Below, piece after piece: positions 8,806-18,410 of a stretch of DNA of 64,000 bases. The stretch spans positions 207,668 to 271,667 of the forward strand of contig JAFLCB010000005.1 of the NCBI GenBank assembly GCA_017302795.1, written 5' to 3'. Both the position numbers and the translations under genes were made by a program. The notes below the pieces were generated by a model, which saw only the letters and a list, made by a program, of their open reading frames with translations, had not been told where the DNA came from and searched no databases. The number at the start of each line of letters is the position of its first letter. The stretch's first letter is position 1. This DNA comes from Deltaproteobacteria bacterium. GTDB taxonomy: Bacteria > Bdellovibrionota > Bdellovibrionia > Bdellovibrionales > JAMPXM01.

Positions 8806-10506
8806 ATGTGTCTGAACGTTAAACGACATTTTACGGTCATTTGGTCGGCCCTTATGGCGATCGTATTGTCGGTCGCCTTTTCGCCGATAGCCCTTGCGAC
8901 CGTCGATATGAAAAACGCGAACTATACAGAATCCTGGATCGACGTGCAAATTGCGGGTTCAGGTTACTCGCTAAGAGTACAACGGACATACAATAGCCGG
9001 TCTGTCTTTAACGGCATGTTTGGCTTTGGATGGTGTTCAGATTTCGAAACGAGTCTAACAAAAAACCCAGAGGGTTTCTTAAAGCTTCAAGAGTGTGGTG
9101 CCGGTCAAGAAGTCACTTTTAAACCGCAAGGAGCTGGCGGAGATTCTGTAACAAAAACGATTGATACAATTATCGCCTACTACAAAAAAACTAATCCAAA
9201 TTCAGGCGAATCGTCTGTCGCTACATTGCGGGATCAGCTTCTCAATAACTCTAGCCTTCGCACAAACTGGGCGAAACAAGCTGGCTTGAAAGAGCCGACG
9301 GTTGCTAAGGGAAGCATTTTCGTTTCGGATAATCTTGAAGTAGAGAAAATCGAGTTTGATGGGTCGCAGTACACTCGCAATCTCGCCGATGGCTCGTCTC
9401 AAAGATTCAACGTTCAAGGTAAACTGATTGCGATCTATGATAAAAACGGAAACTTTTTGAAGTTCAATTACAGTGGCGACCTCATGAAAGAGGCGACCGA
9501 CAACACTGGAAAGAAACTGACCTTCACATTTTATCCGACAAAACGTGTGAAAGACATCACTGCGCCGGGCGGCGTGAAGGTGGAATACAAGTACAAAGGC
9601 GAAGATCTTTCACAGGTTAAGAATATGTGGAAGAACGTCTACGATTACGAGTACGACGAAAATCACAACATCACCAAAATTACTTTCCCCGACAAAACCT
9701 TCAAGGCGCTCTCGTACAATCAAAAAAATGATTGGGTAATGAGCTTCACGGATCGAGCCGTTGACGGGCCAGCCTGCAAGGAAACCTACGAGTATTTTTC
9801 TGACAAGGCGAATCCAAAGGACCACTTTTGGTCAACCGCGGTAAAAAAATGTGGAAACGAAATCAAGAATGAAGCGCGGTTCGAATTCTGGCTTAAGTCT
9901 CGCGCAGACGGCAGGAAATATCTTTCTCGCGTTCTCAACAGATCGATGACCGATACACTCGACGTTACCTATCACCCCGAGTTCGGCCGTCCCACTTCTA
10001 TCAAAAGAAACTCGCAAACGACTTCTTTCGACTACTTTACCAGTGGCCTGGTGAAAGAAAAGTCGACTGCAACCACTCGTTTACAGTTTGAGTATAAGAA
10101 CACGTTCAACAAAGTCTCGAAAGTGACTACTGAATTCTTCGACGCCAAAGGTAAGGTCGGCAAGAAGCGCGACACGACTTTTAACTACGACAATCGTGGC
10201 AACCTTGCGGCCGCGCAGAATACCGATGGGCAAACTGTCCGCCTTACTTACGATCAACGCGGTCGAATTGCGACAATCATCGATCAGGCGAAGAAGGAAG
10301 TACAAATTAAATACGAAGAACGCACTGGCCGCCCGGCGCAGATCACGCGGCCTAAAGTTGGCTCGATCGCTGTGACTTACAAGGCGAATGGGGAAATAAA
10401 TAAAGTTGAAAGTAATGATGGTCCAGCAGTGGCGACCCAGGTAGCGAGCACTTTTAATAACTTGCTAGATATTATTGCGCCTGCGACTTCTGAGATGAAT
10501 TTGTAA
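8806..10506 (+). CDS. secreted YD-repeat (RHS-repeat) protein
   Basis: Signal peptide (ALMAIVLSVAFSPIALA). Repeated YD motifs: IAIYDKNGNFLKFNY, YDYEYDENHNITKITF, FNYDNRGNLAAAQNTDGQTVRLTYDQRGRIATIID. It occupies the position of Bd0109 in the B. bacteriovorus hit locus (from memory). Confidence 0.8.
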   Translation: MCLNVKRHFTVIWSALMAIVLSVAFSPIALATVDMKNANYTESWIDVQIAGSGYSLRVQRTYNSRSVFNGMFGFGWCSDFETSLTKNPEGFLKLQECGAGQEVTFKPQGAGGDSVTKTIDTIIAYYKKTNPNSGESSVATLRDQLLNNSSLRTNWAKQAGLKEPTVAKGSIFVSDNLEVEKIEFDGSQYTRNLADGSSQRFNVQGKLIAIYDKNGNFLKFNYSGDLMKEATDNTGKKLTFTFYPTKRVKDITAPGGVKVEYKYKGEDLSQVKNMWKNVYDYEYDENHNITKITFPDKTFKALSYNQKNDWVMSFTDRAVDGPACKETYEYFSDKANPKDHFWSTAVKKCGNEIKNEARFEFWLKSRADGRKYLSRVLNRSMTDTLDVTYHPEFGRPTSIKRNSQTTSFDYFTSGLVKEKSTATTRLQFEYKNTFNKVSKVTTEFFDAKGKVGKKRDTTFNYDNRGNLAAAQNTDGQTVRLTYDQRGRIATIIDQAKKEVQIKYEERTGRPAQITRPKVGSIAVTYKANGEINKVESNDGPAVATQVASTFNNLLDIIAPATSEMNL

Positions 10507-10539
10507 GTTGAAGTTTTTCGATTTTGAGAAGGGGAATTT

Positions 10540-10833
10540 ATGAAGGATCTTTTTTCAATTCTAGTTTTAGCAGTAGGCCTGTTTGCAGCTTTCGTTAGCC
10601 ACGCTCAGGAAGCCTACAACTGCGACGATCCCAAATGTCAGCAAGAGAAGGCGCGCCTTGCGGATCCGACAACAATGAACGCCCAGTTCTTGTCTCGCGG
10701 AATTCCATGCGCAACAGGGGCGTGTTTTAAAGATGCGGATTCGTCTGTAGGATTTGATCTGACCCCGCTCATCAATGTCGAAGGCTCAACGGCGACCGAA
10801 CCGCGCGTAAGCCCAGCAGACGTCGTGAAATAA
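10540..10833 (+). CDS. small secreted protein (hit-locus Bd0108-like by position only)
   Basis: 97 aa with SD gaagggg upstream and a signal peptide LVLAVGLFAAFVSHA|QE. Four Cys. It is the last gene before a terminator. No sequence identity to Bd0108 can be asserted. Confidence 0.6.
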   Translation: MKDLFSILVLAVGLFAAFVSHAQEAYNCDDPKCQQEKARLADPTTMNAQFLSRGIPCATGACFKDADSSVGFDLTPLINVEGSTATEPRVSPADVVK

Positions 10834-10878
10834 ACGTCTCAAACTGAGACACCAACTTCAAATTCTCTCACTACTCCT

Positions 10879-10910
10879 AACCCGCGACGGCCTCTGGCCA
10901 GCGGGTTTTG
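10879..10910 (+). terminator. rho-independent terminator of the tad/YD operon
   Basis: aacccgc (10879-10885) pairs with gcgggtt (10901-10907). There is inner ggcc/ggcc pairing, and the stem is followed by ttttg. Confidence 0.6.
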
Positions 10911-11138
10911 CCTTTATGAGTGTCTAGGACCGAGACACCCGTGTGCCCTCTAGCGCCTCCCCACGCCACATAGCCTTTAACCCCACTTGGCGGTACCCAC
11001 GGTCATCTCGTAACATATCGATATTCCGAGCCTATTCTAAGTGTCGCAAAATAGGACTCTCGGCACGAACTTCGTATTACGTATCAATAGGAACCGATGA
11101 TGACCGTAGGTCTTTTGACACTAGGTCGAGGAGGAATC

Positions 11139-11432
11139 ATGTCTCGTTTCATTATGTCTGCGCTTCTCTGCACGTTCTCGTTTGCCCAATCAGCCTATGC
11201 AATTGCTCCAGTCAGCATTGCTAAGCGCAACAACCGCGAGCTCGCTGCTTTAAAGGCGAAAGATCCCAACGACGAAACAACGTTGGCTGGTATGCAATTT
11301 GAGCTTGAGAAGAAGCACGATTGCCCACTTGCACGCCACAACGGTGAACGTAATGAGAATACTCAGCCAGCAAAAGAGCAAGTCGCCGCTGTTTCTGGTG
11401 GAGCAGTTAGTAGCCACGATTCGATTCGCTAA
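11139..11432 (+). CDS. small secreted hypothetical protein
   Basis: ATG at 11139 behind SD gaggagg. Signal peptide MSRFIMSALLCTFSFAQSAYA. 97 aa, charged and low-complexity. Confidence 0.55.
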   Translation: MSRFIMSALLCTFSFAQSAYAIAPVSIAKRNNRELAALKAKDPNDETTLAGMQFELEKKHDCPLARHNGERNENTQPAKEQVAAVSGGAVSSHDSIR

Positions 11433-11443
11433 GCGCAAGCTAG

Positions 11444-11716
11444 CTAATTGAGATCATCGGTGTGCGTCTCGGTCCTTCGTGACCGGGACGCTTGCGAATA
11501 TTGATTTCGAATTTGGTCTTGTATCCAAGACCACCCGCTGTGGGCCGCCTTCACCGCACCCTTCGCAACGGTTTGCAACTGTGCCCCGGCATCAGACCGA
11601 TAAATCCACTCCTCTGAATGGTCTTCGAGAGTCTCTCCCTGCCACCTCATTTGCAGAACCATCAAAACCAATACCGAAAACATAACTGTCTTTATCGCTG
11701 TAAAAAGCTCCGACAC
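11444..11716 (-). CDS. hypothetical membrane protein
   Basis: GTG start at 11716, 7 nt after aaggag. One TM helix (VMFSVLVLMVLQM). Lies downstream of, and on the same strand as, the response regulator. Confidence 0.5.
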   Translation of the reverse strand: MSELFTAIKTVMFSVLVLMVLQMRWQGETLEDHSEEWIYRSDAGAQLQTVAKGAVKAAHSGWSWIQDQIRNQYSQASRSRRTETHTDDLN

Positions 11717-11741
11717 GACGGATCTCCTTTTTTAAACAGGG

Positions 11742-12137
11742 TTACTCGTTGGCCGCGTAATCGCGTCCCTTGGTTTTGCTTCCTGCCGCTTCTTCAATCG
11801 CCAAAATTAACTGATCTCTTTGAAACGGTTTCGGCAAAAAGCTAACACAGCCTGCCTCTAGCGCTTTCATTACTATCGACTCAGTATCGTTGGTCGAAAA
11901 TGCGACTACTTTTTGATTGGCGATCAAGGAAATAATTTCTTTTGCCGCATCAATGCCATTTTTTAACGGAAGAACTATATCCATCAAGATCACATCAGGT
12001 CTCAGCCGCAAAGCTAGAGCGACGGCTTCATGGCCATCTTCGGCCTCGCCAACTATTTCGATATTGGTGGCTCGCAACGAGTGGCGCACGATTTCACGAA
12101 CAAAAGGAGCATCGTCTACGACAAGTAGCTTGATCAT
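11742..12137 (-). CDS. single-domain response regulator (CheY-like receiver)
   Basis: MIKLLVVDDAPFVRE...RPDVILMDIVLPLKNG...VVAFSTN...GCVSFLPKPF shows the acidic pocket DD, the phospho-acceptor D in LMDI, the T/S and the K of the receiver fold. No output domain. Confidence 0.9.
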   Translation of the reverse strand: MIKLLVVDDAPFVREIVRHSLRATNIEIVGEAEDGHEAVALALRLRPDVILMDIVLPLKNGIDAAKEIISLIANQKVVAFSTNDTESIVMKALEAGCVSFLPKPFQRDQLILAIEEAAGSKTKGRDYAANE

Positions 12138-12174
12138 GGATTCAGTATATCGCGCAGATTACACAACGAGAGTC

Positions 12175-13320
12175 CTATTGACCCCAGTCATAACCAAACT
12201 GGATGACAGTCGTGCCTTGGGTCACTCCAACACCGTTAGGAGTCGAGCCCGAGACTTGGTCTGGGCTAGATGCAGGCCCTGAAAACGCGTTTTGCTCGAC
12301 GTCATGTTGAAGCCGAAGAAAAATGGAATTCGAGCTATCAAACAGCCAACGTCGTTCGACCATAAATCCAACTCGATACGATTCTACTGTAGCTCCAGAT
12401 CGCACCCCTGTCACTGGCGCTGATTCTTCATGCTGAAGCTTCGGTGCAATCGAAAATCCAAGTCTGAAATCGGCCCAATCACCACGAACCGAAAGCCTTG
12501 CGCCCGTGGTCTTTGTTTTCACTCGGTTTGTAGAGTCGGCCGGAGCGCGAAATTGAAAGTCGACAAACTCTAACCCAAGCGTGAGGTATTTTTCTTTCGC
12601 CTCTTGACCTATAGCCTTACGAACAAACACACCGAACGAAGTATCTGCTCGCGCAACTGCAGAATCATTTCCCCCATCAGCCACTGTTGCGCCCAATGAA
12701 GACAGGTAAGAACCGCCTACGCCAAACTCGGGGCTTAGCCAAACTCTTGCATCAATGGAATATGCCGGAGCGGCCAAAGAGTACTTACGGTAGCTATAGG
12801 AGCTACTGGAATTTTCATATAAATAGGCCGTTCCGACTGCGATCTCCAAAAGATTTCCACCGCGAGAATGGACGATCACAGGTTCTGAAGTTTCAGGTTG
12901 CTGATCGACGTTAGGAATTACAACCGCGCCCTGTTCGTTGCCAGATACAACAACCGACGTAGTTGAAGTTTGAACCGAATCGGAAATTACGAGAGGCACA
13001 CTCGGTCCGCCTTGTTTTTTGGGCGACGGAGTCGGGGTGGGCTGTCTTTCGATCGGTCGCTCGCCTGCTCGGTCGCGCGGGCGAACGGTGTAACGTCCAG
13101 ACTCCAAACGGGCATCACGCGCCTCGTTTGCTGCACGTTCTGTTGTGGCTCGGTCTTGAGTTCGATTCCCAGAATTCAACAGCAGTGCAGAGCTTGGATC
13201 GATACCTGACTGTGCAGAGACGTTGGTCACCAGAAAGAGCGAGGCTGACAACGACATCAACGTCGCGGTCGCGCTTAAAACCACCTCGAACTTAACTCGC
13301 ACCGGGTTCCGCTTTGCCAT
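12175..13320 (-). CDS. putative outer-membrane beta-barrel protein
   Basis: Start taken at ATG 13320 (MAKRNPVRVKFEVVLSATATLMSLSASLFLVTNVSA|QS signal peptide); the track ORF extends to 13404. Pro/Thr-rich linker, then alternating beta-strand-like sequence ending ...VIQFGYDWGQ. Confidence 0.55.
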   Translation of the reverse strand: MAKRNPVRVKFEVVLSATATLMSLSASLFLVTNVSAQSGIDPSSALLLNSGNRTQDRATTERAANEARDARLESGRYTVRPRDRAGERPIERQPTPTPSPKKQGGPSVPLVISDSVQTSTTSVVVSGNEQGAVVIPNVDQQPETSEPVIVHSRGGNLLEIAVGTAYLYENSSSSYSYRKYSLAAPAYSIDARVWLSPEFGVGGSYLSSLGATVADGGNDSAVARADTSFGVFVRKAIGQEAKEKYLTLGLEFVDFQFRAPADSTNRVKTKTTGARLSVRGDWADFRLGFSIAPKLQHEESAPVTGVRSGATVESYRVGFMVERRWLFDSSNSIFLRLQHDVEQNAFSGPASSPDQVSGSTPNGVGVTQGTTVIQFGYDWGQ

Positions 13321-13327
13321 TGGAAAC

Positions 13328-13355
13328 TTATCGGGCGTTCGATCGCTCTCCTTGA
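13328..13355 (-). promoter_or_regulatory. candidate sigma-28-type promoter (TCAAG-N15-CCCGATAA) in front of the OMP gene
   Basis: The minus strand reads tcaag (13355-13351), a 15-nt spacer, then cccgataa (13335-13328), a 7/8 match. The ATG at 13320 lies 7 nt downstream of the -10 box. Confidence 0.3.
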
Positions 13356-13472
13356 CGCGACCACCGCCCTGCTTTTGTGGGAAAACTTGTGGGAATCTCG
13401 ACATATGGGCAAACTATTTGAGTGTCCATCGTTTAGCAGTATGCGGCCCTCAAGACCTAGGACTAGCTCGCA

Positions 13473-15080
13473 ATGACAGTATCAACATTTGCAGCCCTTT
13501 TAATTTCGTTCGCAATGTTCAATTCCGCCCATGCTCAAAACGAACCCGCACGCCAACAGCAAAGCGCCGCTTATAAAAGTGCGATCGACGAAAAGCTAAC
13601 AATACGAAAAATTACTGTTCTACCCGGTAGCGATAACACGGATGGCATTTACGCACGCCCGCTGGAATCCCTCCTGGTTGAACTCGTGAAAGGCTCTCAT
13701 CGATGGGAGTTCGCCGAATCCCGACTTGCCTCTCTCACTAAAACTCCGCTTGAGATAGAAGAGTCTCCCGAGGCCGCGAAAGCGTTGATGAATTCGCTCG
13801 AGGCCGATGCAGCGATTCTTCCAGTCGCCACGCGAGGGCCCAATGGACTGTCACTCCGCTTAAGTCTTTTTCTAAAAGTTGATGGACGGATTCTTGCCCA
13901 GGAAATTACTCGCGACTATGGCCGCTTCGAACTGGCGGATGTTAAATCCGTAGTTGCGGGAATGTACCGCAAACTGATTCAGACGATTCCGTATGACGGA
14001 CTTCTGCTAAGTCGCCAGGGAACTCGTGTCACTTTGAATCTTGGAAAGACCGACGGAATTCGATCGGACCAAACGGTTTCAGTGGTGCAGATTATAGCCG
14101 AAAATCGCCACCCCAAATTTGGATTTTTGATTTCGACAGAAAAAGAAATTCTTGGACAGGTTCGAATTTTGAAAGTCGATGAAACTCTCAGCTTTGGCGT
14201 GATCGTTGCGGAAAAAGAACGAGGCGCAATTCGCAAGCTCGCAAAAATCGCGGGCGTGCGTCCGGTTGAATACGGCGAAGCCCAAAGTCTATCGCCAGGA
14301 TCGGATTCAGACGTCCGATCAAGACCCGATTCGGCGGTAGCGTTTGGCGAAAACGCAAAAGAATGGTTACCAGTAAAGCCCCCGTCTTTTGGTCAAATTG
14401 GAATTGAGGCGGCACTCGGAAGCTACACTGGATCCACCAACCTTACCGGGGTCGGTTCTCTTGACGCGAAAACAGATTTTTTTCCCATGTTGGGAATCTC
14501 CGGTGAACTTTGGCTCAACCCACAGTGGAGCGTTCTTGCCGATATTACCCAAGGCATCCTTTCGACACCCAATCCCCGAAGCGGCGGAAGTCCGGGCACG
14601 CTCAATCACTCGATGAGCAAGTATTCGATGGCACTTGGATACAACTTCCTCATTCGGGATGAATTTTTCGGTCCAAAGTTTCAGCTGAAAGGCGGAATCA
14701 ATTTCTACAGAATGTTCGTCGACGACTCTACACCTCAAGGTCTGACAACCGTGAATTACAATGGCTATCTTCTTGGACTTGGCTTGTACTTCCCTCTCAC
14801 GGATCTGAAACTTTGGGCGTTAGGCGGAGAGTTCAACATGACGTTGTTCTCACGGCTCGCAGAAACCCCGGTAACATCGGGAGACAGCTCGAACAACACT
14901 GTCAATGAATTCACTTTTTATGTTGAACGACAAATCGCAATAAACGTAAAAGCGCGAGCGTCTTTAGACTTCGCACTTTACAGTTCAAGCCTCAGCGGGG
15001 CCGGCACGCGTACCGAGCCAGCCACAAGCATTTCACAGCGTCACGCCAGCATTGGCGGCGGCGTGACTTATCAGTTTTGA
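13473..15080 (+). CDS. outer-membrane beta-barrel protein, hypothetical
   Basis: Signal peptide (LLISFAMFNSAHA|QN). The C-terminal third has amphipathic strand periodicity and the canonical OMP C-terminus ...GGGVTYQF. Confidence 0.65.
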   Translation: MTVSTFAALLISFAMFNSAHAQNEPARQQQSAAYKSAIDEKLTIRKITVLPGSDNTDGIYARPLESLLVELVKGSHRWEFAESRLASLTKTPLEIEESPEAAKALMNSLEADAAILPVATRGPNGLSLRLSLFLKVDGRILAQEITRDYGRFELADVKSVVAGMYRKLIQTIPYDGLLLSRQGTRVTLNLGKTDGIRSDQTVSVVQIIAENRHPKFGFLISTEKEILGQVRILKVDETLSFGVIVAEKERGAIRKLAKIAGVRPVEYGEAQSLSPGSDSDVRSRPDSAVAFGENAKEWLPVKPPSFGQIGIEAALGSYTGSTNLTGVGSLDAKTDFFPMLGISGELWLNPQWSVLADITQGILSTPNPRSGGSPGTLNHSMSKYSMALGYNFLIRDEFFGPKFQLKGGINFYRMFVDDSTPQGLTTVNYNGYLLGLGLYFPLTDLKLWALGGEFNMTLFSRLAETPVTSGDSSNNTVNEFTFYVERQIAINVKARASLDFALYSSSLSGAGTRTEPATSISQRHASIGGGVTYQF

Positions 15081-15119
15081 TAGCTGCGCTAATGTGCTGA
15101 TTGAAAAGAATAAAAATAA

Positions 15120-15145
15120 AAAGGCCCGGCAAACGCCAGGCCTTT
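15120..15145. terminator. bidirectional rho-independent terminator between the OMP gene and groEL
   Basis: aaaggcccggc / gccaggccttt hairpin with loop aaac, flanked by an A-run on the left and TTT on the right. It sits between convergent genes. Confidence 0.65.
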
Positions 15146-15182
15146 CATAATTCAAAATCCACTGAAACTAAAGTTCAGAGAA

Positions 15183-16829
<1,647 letters not shown>

Positions 16830-16904
16830 TTAAATTATTTCGTTAAATTAAAAAATAGGACTGCGGATTCGCCATTAACGAAACTCCGCAATCTTTGTGA
16901 AAGA

Positions 16905-17207
16905 TCAGTTGAATACGCCCAAGATATCTTCTTCGCGCATCATCAAATATTCCGAACCCTCAAGCTTAAGCTCGGTCCCCGAGTATTTGCTGAACAAAAT
17001 TTTATCGCCAATCTTCACTTCCAAAGGAAGAGTTTTTCCGTCTTCCGTTACGCGACCTTTACCAGTCGCAACCACTTCCCCACGCTGTGGTTTTTCCTTT
17101 GCGGTATCGGGAATGATGATTCCTCCCGCCGTTTTTTCTTCTTCCGCCATGCGACGAACAAGAATGCGATCATGCAAAGGACGAACGTTCAGATCAACAC
17201 GCGCCAT
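16905..17207 (-). CDS. groES: co-chaperonin GroES (Hsp10)
   Basis: ATG at 17207 behind SD aggagg. [49 protein letters not shown]... Immediately upstream of groEL. Confidence 0.97.
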   Translation of the reverse strand: MARVDLNVRPLHDRILVRRMAEEEKTAGGIIIPDTAKEKPQRGEVVATGKGRVTEDGKTLPLEVKIGDKILFSKYSGTELKLEGSEYLMMREEDILGVFN

Positions 17208-17320
17208 ATTGAAACCTCCTAAAGAATTTCCCATTTACATCGCCCCTAACACCTACAAGCGGCCGGATTCGAAGAACCCACCGAGTTTCGGAGGCAAGTG
17301 CGTTTGCTATACGAGTGGCA

Positions 17321-17348
17321 ATATGGACGGCCTACAAAGAGTGTCAAG
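17321..17348 (-). promoter_or_regulatory. candidate sigma-32-like heat-shock promoter of groESL (CTTGACA-N13-GTCCATAT)
   Basis: The minus strand reads cttgaca (17348-17342), 13 nt, then gtccatat (17328-17321). The E. coli sigma-32 consensus is CTTGAAA-N13/14-CCCCATNT. About 110 nt upstream of groES. Confidence 0.3.
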
Positions 17349-17382
17349 GTGGACCAGCGAGATTTCACATAACGCGAGGCGC

Positions 17383-18120
17383 CTAGCGGGCAGCGCCGGA
17401 ACATAGACGTGAGTTACCAGGTGTATCCGTGTTCGCAAATTCACCAATGGACGCGGTCTTTTGGTACGCAATCAAAAGCTCTGTGACCTCATCCGGGTTC
17501 ATTCGTCGCGCGACATCGCGCAGAACTTCGGGGGACTTGAACTGAGAAAGATAAATTTGAAGGTAGTCGTTGATGGTCAGATCTTGGGCAATTTCGAGGT
17601 TCATTCGGGCCTGCTCGACGCGATTGTCTTGTCGAAGCCGCACTGCCGCACGTGGCGAGGATCTTGGGTTTGGTGCCGTCATAGTGCCGGCACTTGGAAC
17701 AGCTCTAACCACAGCTTGTCGCTCCCCCGGAGCACGGTCTGCACCGGCAGCTCCCGAAGCGGCAAAGATTTGCCCCTCAAGAGTCATTCGCTCGAGGATC
17801 AGTCTGGCTTCATCCGTGCGAAGCGATTTCCATGCTTGGAACGTAAGAACGGCCGGCAACGCAGGCGCCACGCCAAGCGCAATTGGAAGCGCAGCTGCGC
17901 CTGGGGAGACAGCGACAGGTTGAACATTCCCCGGCGCAGCGAAGGCTTGCTTTATCCCAAAGACAAAAATGACTGAGCAAATCGCGATCGCGCAATTAAA
18001 AAACGCTTGTCGATTCGCGTTTCGAGCGACGCTCAATTTAATTCTTGTCCCGGTCACGGTTCCTCCGAATGGGATGTTGGCCCTAAGGGCAAACACCCAC
18101 TTGCCATATTTGTAGATCAC
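17383..18120 (-). CDS. hypothetical membrane-anchored/secreted protein
   Basis: GTG start. TM/signal segment AFFNCAIAICSVIFVFGIKQAFA, an Ala/Pro-rich linker, and a structured C-terminal ~70 aa. Preferred over the antisense ORFs 17461..17976 and 17570..17923, which are Arg/Ser-rich and have no signal. Confidence 0.45.
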   Translation of the reverse strand: MIYKYGKWVFALRANIPFGGTVTGTRIKLSVARNANRQAFFNCAIAICSVIFVFGIKQAFAAPGNVQPVAVSPGAAALPIALGVAPALPAVLTFQAWKSLRTDEARLILERMTLEGQIFAASGAAGADRAPGERQAVVRAVPSAGTMTAPNPRSSPRAAVRLRQDNRVEQARMNLEIAQDLTINDYLQIYLSQFKSPEVLRDVARRMNPDEVTELLIAYQKTASIGEFANTDTPGNSRLCSGAAR

Positions 18121-18410
18121 GGTTCGTGCCTGGTGTATCTGACCGACCGACCTTTCTGATTTTTAGGTATTTTCGGGCATTTACACAGGGCCAACGGGCC
18201 ACATGAATCATAGCATTCGCCGCAAATAGGCCCAGGTAGCTGGCATTTTTTCAACGCGCAGCGATTCACGGACTCAGAATACAGCCAAAGACTTCACATG
18301 AAGCTGCAATTTCCTACTAAGCGCGAGGTCGACCTTGCTGAGCCACCCGTCTGGACTGTACCTTCCGCCGGTCACACCAAACTCTTATTTTTCAAGGGAG
18401 CCCCCTCCAA

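Noticed and set aside
10943-11224. 93-aa ORF in the gap after the tad terminator
   Set aside because: It has no RBS and an Arg/Ser/Cys-rich composition. It overlaps the better-supported signal-peptide gene starting at 11139 in another frame.
13405-13472. GGGCAAAC-containing stretch as a possible c-di-GMP (GEMM-I) riboswitch
   Set aside because: It lacks the second hairpin with the ACGCAAAGC-type motif and the pairing architecture, and it is too short.
17294-17322. Possible CIRCE (HrcA) operator upstream of groES
   Set aside because: Only one arm resembles TTAGCACTC (ttgccactc). The expected inverted arm 9 nt away is absent.
17461-17976. 171-aa and 117-aa plus-strand ORFs opposite 17383..18120
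   Set aside because: They have no signal peptide or motif and are Arg-rich. The minus-strand frame has a plausible TM/signal segment and a structured C-terminus, though that call is itself only moderate confidence.
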